This document shows positions 26,701 through 38,978 of a stretch of 64,000 nucleotides of DNA, one piece after another. This DNA is from Balanoglossus misakiensis (taxonomy: Eukaryota > Animalia > Hemichordata). The notes beneath the pieces were generated by a model, which searched no databases, was not told the origin of the DNA, and saw nothing but the letters and a program-made list of their open reading frames with translations. Every line of letters begins with the position of its first letter. Positions within the stretch are counted from its first letter, which is position 1. Where the stretch lies: the NCBI GenBank assembly GCA_040954595.2, contig CM082578.2:13732304-13796303 (forward strand), written 5' to 3'. The position numbers and the translations under genes were made by a program.

Positions 26701-29700
26701 AATTGCAACCACATAGATATTGAAGTCCGCAAAGTCAATCCTATTCCAGAGGAGCCAGAACTATTCAGAGATCAAACTGTACCAGAAAAAATTCTGAAAT
26801 ACTATGAGACGAATGATGTGAAGAAGTTCTACTTCGACCGACCATTTCACCGTGGCGACAAAGACCCTAACAACGAATTCAAGGTGACATATGAAAGTTA
26901 CAATAATTACTGGTCGACAGAAAATAGTTGAGTGGGAACAGTATCATTGCTTTGTCACTGTGGTGTAAACATTTTGATATTACCCTTCAGTGAATTGCAC
27001 ATGTTTCTGAAGTACTTGTGATGAGTGAAATGCAGTTCTTATGGTACCAGTTGCGTTGTTTCCAATTACAAATACATGTAGCAGAAACGGCTGTACAAAA
27101 TTGTTCTTGACTTTCTAACTTTCCCCTTTCATTTGTTCTCACCACTTGGCTTGTGATTTTATTTTGTGTCTGGCAGAGTCTGTGGCTGGACAGGACAAGA
27201 CTGACAATCTCCAACACCATACCAGGCATTCTCAGATGGTTTGAAGTGGTCAATACAGAAAAGGTGAGGCTGTGTTCTTTTAAGTCATGCACCGCTTGGG
27301 GGGTGGGGGGGGGGGGTAAAGAGGGAAGGTGAGAGAGGGAAAAAAGTCCACTTTTGTAGTACTGAAATTTCAATTGAGTAAATACCCTTAAATTGTACAT
27401 CTCTAGGTTGAGGTCAGCCCTTTAGAAAATGCCATTGAGACGATGCAGAAGAAAAACAAGGAGCTGAAGTGTACCATTGCTACATATACGTCTGAAGAGT
27501 TCAAGAACACTAGTATAAACCCTCTAAGTATGTGTCTAAATGGTGTTATTGATGCAGCTGTCATGGGTGGGATTAAAAAATATCAGGAGGTAAGATTCAT
27601 TTCAACTGCTTCTGTTCAGGCACGTTACACATATCATGCGTTGTCTACTAATGTTTATGTGAATTGAATATTAATGTTTAAATCAAAACTTCTCTTGCAT
27701 TTCCATAGGCTTTCTTTGTTCAAGAATATGTTGCATCACACCCGAGGGATTCGCCACTACTTGACAGATTGAAGAAACATATCTTAGAGCAGGTAAGTCG
27801 CATTCCTAGCACTGTCATAGAATGGCAGATGATTCCACTTCATGTCTGTATGTGCTTAATAATGCTTATAAATCCCGCCCCCGTCAGACACTTTGCAGTA
27901 AAGAGAGATCTACAGTACAGACATAGTAAAACCTTGCAAAATGTTGGCATAACCTCCTTAGAACCTCTTCCATACAAGTTCCACATAATGCCAGCACAAG
28001 CTGTGCCATACATCACCTAACAGTTTCATGATTTCCACATTAAACGCAGTTTTTGATTGTTTGTTTCTTCAGGTTGATATTCTTGATGGAGGGTTACGAT
28101 TGCATGGTGAACTAGCACCTCCAGCTGTCAAACCTCTACAAGCCAAATTAGAGAGTATGTTTGCATCCATGAAAACCACCATATCAGCACAGGTAGGGAT
28201 TATTCAGTATTGTCAGCAGAGCAGTGAAGATATACATGATGTGTTTTGTCTTGATGAAGTCAAATAACAAACATGTATGCCATTTTGAGCAAACAAGCTC
28301 GATACAGAAAAGGATAATCATTTGGCAAAGCCTCAGACAATTTCATGTGATGAACTGCCATTTAAAATAGAATACCAGTCGCACCTGAAATTGCACACTC
28401 CTAGTAATTTGTTCCCTTACTTGACCAAGCCACGGAAATCTTTTGATTAATCATTGAAACGTTCTTTTGTGACAGGGATCCCCGATAGCTGGTCATAAGA
28501 TCTCCAGTGGAAGTCAACCCATGCAACCAGTGACATTACCAGGGACCATCCCACCACCCAGTCCATTTACACCTCCAGATGATGGCACCACTTTCAAACT
28601 CAGGTAAGATAACTAGGGCAACAACAAGTACAGCTAAGGTGAAGCTGTAGTCTTTGCTGAGATTAATGCGCGGTGCTTGGGCAGGAGAATCAATGAGATA
28701 TGCCATCTAGCCTTGACCAAAGACAAATTATATCAAGATTCATTAAAACGCACTTTAGACTGCACTCTCTAACAGCTGATATCTTTTGTACATGGATGTA
28801 GTTTGCAAGAGCCAATTGAACCGAGCAGAAGACCAGTGTCTACCATTTCCACAGCTTCTACTGGGTCATCAGACAGCACTACAAGTAGCGGTGTGTGTTC
28901 AATACCTGAGGGGAATGAAGAGGGTGAGGATGCAGATACTCCAGTCTCGGTGAGTCTCGTCTTTGTGTTGGAATAACATATGTTGTGTGCATGTGTTGGG
29001 GTGTGGTGTTTGTGTGTGGGGAGGGTGGTTTGCTTGTGTATGTATGTGTTTGTCCATGCATTCTTTGATGATGAAGGGCAGAGGGGTAGTACATGGATTT
29101 TACGACTGTACTATGGGCAGAGAATCTTCGAACACATATTTTCACCTGTTAAACTTCAATTCAAACATTTGCATATGAACCAGCAGACATGTAACAGCAA
29201 TATGTTTAGAGTTTTGTAGTATGTCATCATTAGGCCTTTGGTTTTAACTGTCAGTGTCACATACAATAATACATGTACATGAAAAGAATGTTTTAGGTCA
29301 AGCTATGATGAGTAATTGTAGCATATGGTGCAAGGATGATACATGTACGTTGTAGTTGTATTGTCGTGTGGTGAGACCGTGTTTAATAATGTAAAACAAT
29401 GTAGTGAGGTTCAATGTTACTGTTATGTACAATGTACGTATAGTATTGTTTATAGTGTTTGTACTATTTGTGCAAGTAATGTTAATATAATGGAGTGATG
29501 GTGCATGTATTTGCTGTAGAAGTATATTTGCTTGAAGTGGTGACAAAATGTGGTGCGAAGAAAGAAAGAGAGTTTGATGAACAGCGTCTTAGGCATAGCA
29601 GCTGTAGTATAGTGTACTGATGTGTAATTATTTCATCTAGCAAAATGTACATGTAGTCTGGTTTAGACTGGTGTATATACAAAGTACATGTAGTGTTGAT

Positions 29701-32173
29701 TAGAATCAGTTTCAGTAGTTATAAAGTCAGAGATATGTGTAGCAGTTTCATTTATATTGCACTGTGTCTGTTTCTATTGTATTTACTTTTGCACTTTTAT
29801 TTATTGTATTGTAATTTCATTTAGCGCTTTGTATTTTTTTATTTCCCCTATTAACCGGGTGACTTTTCCAGGAAGGGCCAGTGTGGGTACCAAGACAGCC
29901 TGTCCCTACAATTCCCAGCAATGTCGGATCCTATGAGAACCTTTCCAACAGTACTCTATTACTGCATCTTCCTTCAGCTAACTTTTATAAGATATCAACT
30001 TCATCTAAAACAAAGATTTACAGCAAGGTAGTCTTGCAGTCATTTCCTTTGCTAAGTTGCCTGTTTATGTTTACTGTTTTGTCGCTGAGTATTTGTTCCT
30101 GTTGCTATGGGAACATGTTCTGTTGCTGTCACGATATGTTTATGTTTAATTTTAAAGTTGGTAGCATGGCATATTAATTTATTTGGTAAAATTGCTTAAT
30201 GTGGCTTTTTGTGGGCAAGTAGTTATAATTTGGGCTTGCTCACAGAAAATGTTTTTGTGTACATATGTTTTGCATTTTAGAATAATACATGTGTAAATAT
30301 AATGGTGAGCTATAATAATATGTTGCATAGCAGTGCATGGCATGGTATGTTATGTTTTGTAATGGTATGTTATGTTATGTTATGTTCTTGCATGATAGTA
30401 TGTAAATTTGCATGACCCAAAACTGAGGATTTTATGAGCACATTAGCTCCTTAACCATTTCCAGTAAAACTCATTGAGTTGACATTTATAAAAACCTGCG
30501 AAAGACTTACCCATGGCTAACAAGTGCAGTTGTACGGAATGCAAAGTTTCCCCATAAGTCTCATAGTGGAGTTCTCAATTAGGGCATAACTATTGTGTGT
30601 CTTTGTACACACAAAATGTTATCTACTGTTAACTTTTTATAGTTTTTTGTTTGTTCCCATATTGAAGCCTTGTATTGAAGATCATAACACAACATAGTAC
30701 AGCAGAGTAGAATTTTAACATTACCAGGGCAACTTGGAAGCCATGGTAACTAGTACAGATAGCAAAATTGCAATCATCATCCTTTGCAGGTTGCAATAGT
30801 TGTCAGTCAGGACACGTTCAGTGTTGCATGGCATTTTGGGGGATGTTTACTAAATCACTTTATATGGCATCCTCCATGGTCTGTGTTGCACATGAACATG
30901 CAGCAAAAATCACAGCTGAGACCACTTCTGGGGAAAGCATCAAACATCACTCTCCATAACAAGTGGTTGTATTCTTGGTGAAGCCCCACAAACCTTTGAT
31001 TGACTTTAAATGTAAATTATAATTTTGAGGTGATCAGGTCAAAATGCTTTATTTTTTGGCTCTTTTCAGGATGGTCCTCTGCCTAAAATTCCGTATCGTT
31101 CGCATCAGATGTCAAGAATGGCTAGTGAACCAAGTTTGTCACAACATTATCCCAAATTGTCAAAAGGTGAGTTATCTGGTCCGCTTGCAGTGGTAACTGC
31201 TCCACAGTCTCTTGTTTTCAAAACTTTCGTGCTTGAGAATGGCACCAGCCAGTGGTAAAAATGAGGAAATGATTAGATACACAAAATGTAAGGAAGACTG
31301 CATCGAGGTAACAGAAAACATTGATGTTTCTTTGTAACAGCGATTTCAAGTGAAAGTTTTGATGAAAACACACGTCGAAGTTGGGCAGGCCCAAGTGCTT
31401 CCAATCCTCCACAAATCCCTCCCAGGCCTACAGCCAGATATTCAACACCAGGTAAGACCCAAGAAAGATTGTCAATTTATCATTAGTCAGTAGAAACAGT
31501 CGCGAGTTGGGAGGTACCAGTTTTGTGCATTTCTATTCTATGTTTCCTTGTAATCAATGTTTTCTTGTAGTACAGTATATAACTTGGAAAGGATTTCAGT
31601 TTTGGTCACAGAAAAAAAACTTATGTACAACATTACCAAAATATTCACCCTGTTTCTCAATTGAATACTCTGTTGTTTTTACAGATGCCAGAGTAACACA
31701 TCTAAGCAGTCAGTCTTTCCGTGAGGATTTATTACCAAGGGCAGCCCCAATTATACCACAGAAAAAGGTGAATGATGCTGTTTTATACATGCACCTGTTC
31801 CTGCCAGTCCATCCCATCACAACACCACACCACACCACATCACATCATAATGATAAAGATATTTTTTCAAAGCATTGCTATTTAATCTGAGTAAAGTTGA
31901 CTGTTCCTTCGACTTCTCCTGCAGAGAGATCGCAGATCAAACTCAGTTTCACCAACTCGGCCGAACAGTCAAGAAGCCCCTCCCCCTCCAGCTCGACAAA
32001 GTGAACCAGCGCCCCCTCTCCCACCGAAACCAAGCGTCAAACCAGACGGTGGTGGGCCGCCGGTAACACAGAAGAAACCACTGCTACCAGCACAGCATGC
32101 ATCCAAACCGTTGCCCCCGACACCAGCGGCACCAGAAATCAGAAAACCACCACCACAGATACCACCAACGTGA
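2798..32173 (+). CDS. DOCK4: Dedicator of cytokinesis, DOCK-B (DOCK3/DOCK4) type Rac GEF: SH3, DHR-1, DHR-2, proline-rich tail
   Basis: Exons 2798-2834 (MWRPTTDKKYGV), 10781-10870, 11892-11932, 12839-12894 (GIFPASYIHLK), 13950-14046, 14731-14973, 15602-15637, 15981-16129, 16337-16403, 16695-16827, 17041-17116, 17255-17349, 17539-17664, 17953-18077, 18321-18483, 18723-18826, 20317-20491, 20636-20814, 20969-21069, 21320-21457, 21673-21781, 21986-22196, 22409-22536, 22859-22957, 23203-23396, 23552-23630, 24042-24201, 24322-24467, 24614-24702, 24824-24980, 25382-25624, 25719-25808, 25980-26084, 26256-26397, 26717-26883, 27177-27263, 27407-27589 (LNGVIDAAVMGG), 27709-27792, 28073-28192, 28476-28603, 28802-28949, 29872-30027, 31070-31166, 31341-31451, 31685-31767, 31925-32173 (PPLPPKP..TGA). 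Probably co-orthologous to vertebrate DOCK3 and DOCK4. Tail exons are less certain. Confidence 0.93.
15694..15801 (+). mobile_element. Short MITE, TTAA-associated family (CCCTTTCACC...GGTGAAAGGG), copy 1
   Basis: 10-bp terminal inverted repeats followed by TTAA on the right. Internal core CCAAATCTATTGTTTTCTATG shared with copies at 22574 and 42898. Contains an expanded G tract. Confidence 0.65.
19416..19442 (+). other. Candidate 27-nt in-frame cassette microexon of DOCK (YDDQLFKFH)
   Basis: Pyrimidine tract TTTCTGTCTTCTCTTTAACAG, then a 27-nt open frame, then GTAAGT. Phase 0/0 matches the flanking exons. Confidence 0.55.
22261..22422 (+). repeat. Tandem duplication (about 75-77 bp x2) of a DOCK 3' splice site plus exon start
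   Basis: CACACCACAATACAAAGAAAATCCACATAATTGTATT..TGCAGAATCCAGGA(G/A)CATC at 22261-22337 and 22348-22422. Confidence 0.9.
22574..22658 (+). mobile_element. TTAA-associated MITE family, degenerate copy 2
   Basis: CCCTTTCACTGCCCTGGTTTGATCCAAGTTCATTGTTTTCTATGGTAAAGTG...GGTGAAATGG, colinear with the copy at 15694. Confidence 0.55.
25031..25107. mobile_element. 77-bp hairpin MITE with 4-bp flanking duplication (ACTT)
   Basis: GGGCCATCCCAAGCAGAAAGGGGTCTTATGG ... CCATAAGACCTTTCTACTTGGGATGGCCC. ACTT lies at 25027-25030 and 25108-25111. Confidence 0.7.
26398..26716 (+). other. U12-type (minor spliceosome) GT-AG intron in DOCK DHR-2 region
   Basis: Donor GTATCCTTTT. Branch-like TTTCCTTAAT about 13 nt before the acceptor TAG. 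No polypyrimidine tract. Splicing restores the frame (..VQ-Y-IEVRKVNP). Confidence 0.88.
30346..30386. repeat. (TATGT)n pentanucleotide microsatellite, imperfect
   Basis: tatgttatgttttgtaatggtatgttatgttatgttatgtt. Confidence 0.6.
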
Positions 32174-34889
32174 TTGCGGTTGAACTGTTGGTGTTGGCCT
32201 CTCTGTGACATCATTGTCACTCTGAAACCCCCAGTGGCAATGAGCACAGATGTGGTCAGACCCCTGCACACATGTTGCCAGTCTGTTGCTGGCTGCCTCT
32301 CGTACAGTGCCGGCATTGTCTTAGCACTCATGCACATTTCAATACCCCACTATGAAACCATGGTGGAGCATTGACACCGCCCTGTGCTGGGAACTATACT
32401 TACAGAGATTCTGAAGTTGTGCTAAGATTATGTCATCAGCAATGTTGGCACAAGGCTGGCATTTTGCTAGGTGTACTTTTTCTGTACTGTAGAAATAGTA
32501 AATACAACAAGCAATGTTTGTATTTTAATGCTTAGTCCTACTGTAGTAACGATAGCTAAAACTTTGAAAAATGTACAGATAAGGCCAAACTGTATTGATA
32601 ACTTGACTGACCCATAGAAGTAGGCAGTGCTGAGCTGACAGAAACTGCTAGCAAGGAAGAAAAAAAGATTAACAGACACATAGTGGTTAGCAGAGTGTGT
32701 TCTGAGATATCTTTGAAGTGCAATATTAGTCGCTTCTGAATCAACTGCCCATGTGTTTGTCCAAGTATATCTGATATGCTGGAGCAATAATTCAGAGGGC
32801 TACAGTTGTTGGCATAGCTTTTACTAAATAAAACCGCACACACATTTTTCCCGTGTAAATACCAGGATTTGAAAGTTTTCCAAAGTGTTGCAGTGTTGTA
32901 GATCTTCCTAAAGACATGCAAAGCTTCGTAATTTGGCGCAAATGTACCATAAAACGACCCCCGACGCCCAAGAAATATCATGTGCATCATTGTATGTAGA
33001 ACCATGATAACTTACAGTGGGATATTTTTGATTAAAACTAAAGTGACCTTGAGTTTTATTTCGTTAATTTTTATTTTAAATGTTTTAGTGATTTTGGCTC
33101 CATATGCTATTTGCATATATGGCAGATATGCAAATCAGAGTGTCAGATGATATGGTCAAAAATTAAAAACTCAGACATTGCAGGTCAGAATGCTTTTCCA
33201 ATTGGTACAAAAGTGCTTCGGTGAAGTCTATGTACATATTTTATTGATTTTGTGCTGGTATCTAAATTTTTCCATTTTAGTGAATTTATATGCACACACC
33301 TATGTACATACGCATATATTTTGGGGTATTTTTGTCATGAACCTTATTTCTTTGAAGTTAAATTGGCAAGTTTCATGGGATGGCATCATTTAGACTTGTA
33401 TATGGCAAGTAGATGTTACAAACAATTGTCATTTTTGATTGACATGGTGCAGTGTTACTGATGCCATTTTTATGTGCCTTTTCCTGTTGTGTTTTATCAG
33501 AGACAAATCAGTAAGAAGCATGCAATGGCATGGCTGTTTGTAAAATAGCAGCATTAGAACCTTGTACAGCCGTATGTAGGTAATGTATCCAGGATGTCTC
33601 ATATGGTGTTTATTGTTGGGGGAAAATACGAAACAACCTGTTCTATATTTTGCAATAATTGGGTGTAAATAGCACTTAATGACAACAACTCTTCAATAGC
33701 TCCAGACAAACCCTGATTGTAGTTTCAAGAGGAAACGAGATGATGTGTAATATTAAGTCATTTAATTGGTTGTAATAATTGTTCAAATCATGTATAAAAA
33801 TGTTAAAGTTATTTATCATGTCTTCCATTGCCATCATGTGGAATGTGGATCTGATGTAGTTGTAGTGTATTTCTTGATATGAATTTAGATGTGTATGGTA
33901 TATGCAATGTGCCCCCTAAGCCAACATAACAGACTACTGACTCATCAAACTCACTGGTCGTGCAAGAAAATAATTACATATAAACTTTATTAATGGTTTA
34001 AGACTGATGCAAAGAAATTTCAAGACATTGACTCAAACACTTACTGGTATTAGATACCCAGACATTTTAGATTTTAGATGTAAATTACATGTGCTTGACA
34101 AGAGTGAAAATAGACATTTTCTTATGCTTTAAAACAACCAATTTTCAACACAGAAATATTTTTCATTATCTTTGAGTTCATGAAATGCATATGATTGAAG
34201 ATGTAACCATTCATAAAGTTACAGTACTTTTTGTAAAAGAAACATTACTTTGAAACATCTCATTATTTATGATTTTCTATGCAATATCAGAATCTTCTGC
34301 ATTTTAGTTGCAATTTGAATATGTAGAAAAAAACTTCATATCAGATATTTTTGAAGATTTACTTTCGTAGACTCTGAAAACGGTGTATTTGCACACATTC
34401 ACAAATACCTTTCTGATAAAAGTGTACATATGAACTTGAAAATAGATGTACATTGTGTTTGTAAACAAATTGAACTTTTGGTGTTAGGTAGGCCACGGTC
34501 GCTGACTGACAGAAAGGGAGAATAAAGACTGGAAAAGGTCTTACAGCACTGAGAAGTGATAGCGTAGTGGTAGTATCTGCTTTTAAGCCTTGTTACGTCA
34601 AATGTTGCAGTACCAATAGTTCATGTATCACTTACCTTTGCGGCGAGTCGTCCATGACAGAAGTGATTACATTAGTGTGTATCACCAACTGATGTGCGTA
34701 TACTGATAAACATTAAATGATAAAAGCTGGATATTATAAGAGTGTTTTTCTTGTTTCTTTTGCAGAATTTTGTAGGTGTTTTTATGCATCACCAAGTTCC
34801 CATGAATCAGAACTGAGTCTCTGCTGACCAGCCCGTTAGGTAATCTTTTTGTTGAATATATTTTGGACACTCTGCACTGGAGCCATGAA

Positions 34890-35080
34890 CATATTTGCCA
34901 CAATAATTGTCCGTCCGTGTGTCTGTTTGGCCAGACATCTGTCTGTCTGGAACTTGTGGAAAGATTAAATTGTTTATCACCGATAACTTGTAAACCACTA
35001 GACCAAATGTCATAGCCCTCTCATATGAGTGATGTGGTTTGCAGAGTCCTCGCACACAGTTTCAGGGATTGGGCCGATAG
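34890..35080. repeat. Probable degenerate interspersed-repeat fragment between DOCK and THUMPD3 3' ends
   Basis: GTCCGTCCGTGTGTCTGT..CTGTCTGTCTG tetramer-like core typical of non-autonomous invertebrate elements. No termini identified. Confidence 0.3.
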
Positions 35081-35443
35081 GATGATGATTCCGTCATATT
35101 GAAGTTATCTATGTGTGTCTGTCATCAGTATCTTGAAGCCATCTTCCATACACAAGGGCAAGTCTGGGTTTGAACTACTCAAGGGTTTGTAATAATGAAT
35201 GCTTACGTGTTGAGTTCAGAACCTCCAACCATAGGAGTTTTATTTACTGCTTACAGTCATGTGACAGAAAGATACCATACAGAGAAGGATTACATGTAGA
35301 CAAATTCATACAGTGTACATGTATTTAAAATAACCTGTCTCCGAAGTGATACATCATGCAAAAAGTTTTGTGGATAGTTTCTAGCATGAAATGCAGCATC
35401 ATTCCGGTATGCAGAGTACCATAAGTTGTTTTAATTGTTCTTT

Positions 35444-38400
35444 TCATGTCAATAAGTTCTTGGTTCTTTGAAGAATATAAATTCCAGCTTGCAGGCCACC
35501 CTGATTTATCCAAACAGTTCGTCTGCTTTTCCAAAAATGTTTGCACAGAGAGACGGTCTGTAAGGAGAGACAATGAAGAACAGATCATCGTTTTATATTG
35601 TAATATTTCAATGCAATATACAGCACACCTTTTAAACCACTGCAGTAAATACAAACATCACAACATGTTATCTATCATAAGTGAAACCAAATCGCGACTA
35701 GGTGACTATTTTCTTGACTGAACATTGTTTTTATTTTCATACACCCAAAACTGACTCGTCTAACATACCGGTAAGCATTACAGCTATAATCTTGGTTAAT
35801 GGTAATGCTTTTGCATGAATTGTGTATGCGATCTGTCATCTGCAAATCATGTAGTCCAAACCAACTACACGTAAAGGAGTACTTACTTTCATCATACACT
35901 TCTTATCCTGTGTGAGTAGGACAGCTCTCCCAGTCTCTTGCCGACAAACTCGTGCCATTTCTGTCAGGCTCTTATGATATAATTCCCAGTTGTTGTGCCT
36001 TGAACCACTCCTACAAAAAAGACAAATCTGTGATTGCACAAATCTCAAAATACAGATTAATTTGCGGCAATGACTGTCGAACTAACAACCTCCATTCACA
36101 GGAAAGATAGCAATTTTCTAGGAGTTTTAGGACCAAACCATGGTGGTGAAAGGGTTAAGAATGAAAGATATGTTAGAGAAAATAAATTTGACCTACCTTT
36201 TACCAAATGGCTGAAATGCAACGAAGAAACAAAGGCACATTACAACTGGTTTGTCAAATTGGTCCAACTCACTTTGTACAATGATCAGTACTTGTCTTTA
36301 CAATTATGCATGGATTGTGTGAATCAAGTGTGACACTGGTGAGTGTGAATGACAGTGGCCCAACTAAATTCAGTTTTGGAAGGTTAAACATTGAGTTCTG
36401 ACACAGCTTTCAGAGAGACAATGGGGAATTTCAAAATTAATCTGGAATCATTTTTGCCTCAAAGACAGCAACTTTAAGGCTTGTGAAATGAAATGAAATG
36501 AAATTGAAACTTACCAGATCTGAAACAACAACATCTATGGAATTTGTCTTGAAAGGAATACGACATACATCCCAGTTGATTATGTCTACACTGATTGGTG
36601 ACCTGCAGAGAAATTAAAATGAACCTGTTGACTCTAGAACTTGTTAAAAGTATGTTAGAACTCTTACACCCGCTAGAGTGAAACTGCAAGTACATCTTGA
36701 CTGTTCAAAGATTTGCGTTGATGTTATGGATGGTAACCTCTGACTGTATATCATATAAGCACTTACTTGTTCTTTTCTTTTCTGTTCTCATTGAGAGCTG
36801 TAATATTCTTGAGAGTGTTCTCAATTGGGTATTCAAATTTATCTCCACAAATATGAACAGCATTACGCCAATTCATTGCAGCCTGGAAGATAAGATCTTG
36901 TGAGTTAGGTTGATCTTTGGGTGAGTTGACATTTCATAATATTCAATGCATACGTACTTTAAATACTGGAATGTTATTCCTTCATTCATTCATTCACTCA
37001 CTCACTCACTCACTCGCTCCTCACTCACACGAATAATAAATCTGTCCATTAGCAAAACAAAATGTCCTGCCTCTTACCTCTATGGGTATGGCACCAACAC
37101 CACACATAGGATCACAAACCACATCACCAGGTTCAATCTCTCCTAGTCTGTCAAACAGATTTACATGTATTTGTCAGTGCAATACTTGGTTTACATATTC
37201 ATCAAATTCAGGTGATGTTCAATCTTTGAGCAGAGCAGCTATGAGTGAGCAGAAACTTGCCAAAGAGAATAAATGATTGGTCTTAGGGACCGTTCAGTTT
37301 TTACGGCTGGGGGAGGAGTCGGCCTGATTTTGAACACCAATGACACAAACTTGCCGCCCCCCCCCTCCCAGCCGTAAAAACTGAACGGTCCCTTACCTGA
37401 GCATCATGTAAGCCAGGGTTGCTCTCAAGGTCGTCGACCCAAAGAAAGCAATATTCCTTCGATGCATACTCTCCCTTGTCAGGGCAATAGCTATCTGTAC
37501 ATCCTTGTCTGTAATGTTCAACAAAACATCAACATCAGCATTGGACAAGTCCACTCTCCACTTGAAACTATCGTTGATGCGGCCTCCAAACTGAGCCGCT
37601 GCTTCCGTTGAAGTGAAACTGTGTTTTGCCCCGGATCTTTTGCAAGTCACCCTGAAGGTGGGTTGATCAGTTGGCTCAAGTGCGGCACATGCTTCGAGGG
37701 TAGCTGCCACTGGTTTATCATAATTGCTGTAGTGTTTCCAGAACTCCAGTCCAATGGACCAATCTATTTGAGTCACCAACTCCATGAGAGACTGTAGATC
37801 AGATTCCTGCAGAAAAAGTGAACAACTATAACATACTCTTCCTATAATATATTATAACATGTATACTACATTTGAATCAATGGACTAAAGAGAAACTACA
37901 GCCAATAGCTTGAATTTTATCAAGGTTCTCACAAAAAAGAAACAACACTCATCACTGAATACATCTCATGTCTATGCTGTTACCTTCTCTCCACTGAAGT
38001 TATGGTCTTGGAATTCTGACACAATCACAAACATGTTGTCCACACCACGTAGTAAATTGATCTAAAACACAAAAATGATCAGTAACTGGTTGGTAATGCA
38101 GTAATACAGATTTCATATTTGTATTGGCCAGTCAACTTGGAGACTGGCATTATCGGATCCAATCATGCTCAAATGTTCCAACATCAGGAATACAGATTTC
38201 AGTACCGGTCAATAGGCTTTAGCCTTGTTTTGTTTAGGGTTTAAAAACTTCCATCACAAATTCCCCACCATGTTCGTTCACTGCCGTGTGTTCATAACAT
38301 CATCGGCTGCAAGTGACACACTTCCCAACACACATGCATACAACTGAGGGGGCGGGGCCACAGTCCCCTGGGAATTGGGTCGTATATACACGGCGATCGT

Positions 38401-38751
38401 ATATACATGTACACGGCGATCGCCTATGACACAGAAAAGGCGATCGCCGTGTAAACGCACGACCCTCGTGTGACTGTGGGCGGGACCACAGCAACCCTGC
38501 GTAGAGGTCAGTGTGTCCCCATTGCAGCTACATCAGTATCACCATGGTACCTCCATGGTATCACCTAGTACCTTCAGTAGATCGTTCAGAGTGGTGCCAA
38601 AAAACATTCTCCCTCTTCCCGATCTGCCTTCTACTCCTAATTTTTCCTTGCATTCTTGACACGCAAGAGTCTCCAATCCTGTTATGACGGTTGTTCCGAT
38701 CGTAGCGCTCAAGCTTGGAGATCCCACGTTTTGTTCCATGGGAGCAGCCAT
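35444..38751 (-). CDS. THUMPD3: THUMP domain-containing protein 3, tRNA m2G6 methyltransferase
   Basis: Exons 38572-38751 (TIGTTVITGLE), 37984-38061 (LRGVDNMFV), 37397-37806 (FRVTCKRSGAKHSFTS..FGSTTLRATLAY), 37078-37147 (DPMCGVGAIPIE, SAM-binding motif I), 36767-36882, 36515-36602 (DVVVSDL), 36197-36210 (PFGKR), 35887-36010, 35444-35557 (WINQGGL..TGA). Confidence 0.92.
36131..36154 (-). mobile_element. TTAA-associated MITE family, terminal fragment in reverse orientation
   Basis: GACCAAACCATGGTGGTGAAAGGG+TTAA is the exact reverse complement of the left end of the 15694 copy. Confidence 0.55.
36982..37028. repeat. (TCAT)n(TCAC)n compound microsatellite
   Basis: tcattcattcattcactcactcactcactcactcgctcctcactcac in a THUMPD3 intron. 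Confidence 0.75.
37286..37392. mobile_element. PIF/Harbinger-type MITE (107 bp) with TTA target duplication
   Basis: TIR GGGACCGTTCAGTTTTTACGGCTGGG / CCCAGCCGTAAAAACTGAACGGTCCC (26 bp perfect). TTA at 37283-37285 and 37393-37395. Confidence 0.85.
38377..38465. mobile_element. Palindromic MITE-like element in THUMPD3 intron 1
   Basis: GGGTCGTATATACACGGCGATCG ... CGATCGCCGTGTAAACGCACGACCC imperfect inverted ends. Three TACACGGCGATCG units (two direct, one inverted). Confidence 0.55.
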
Positions 38752-38978
38752 CTTTAAATGGATGAAGTCGTGCCTCTAGAGGGCAGAAATAATAAATAAC
38801 ATTTTAAAACCGGGGGGATTGTTTGTGTGCACAATCCGGCGAATCAGTAGATTTGATATAAAGAAATCTTCTATGCAGGTCCCAAACATAATAAATTAGT
38901 ACGACATTAAATGATGAATCTGCCTCCAATAGTAAAGGAGAGATAAAAGTGTGAACAAACACACATTATGACAGCGAG
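38752..38978. promoter_or_regulatory. Bidirectional promoter THUMPD3/RXYLT1 with CTCF-like site
   Basis: 227 bp between divergent ATGs. CCTCTAGAGGGCAG (38773-38786) resembles the CTCF core. A second similar motif lies at 39183-39195. Confidence 0.6.
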
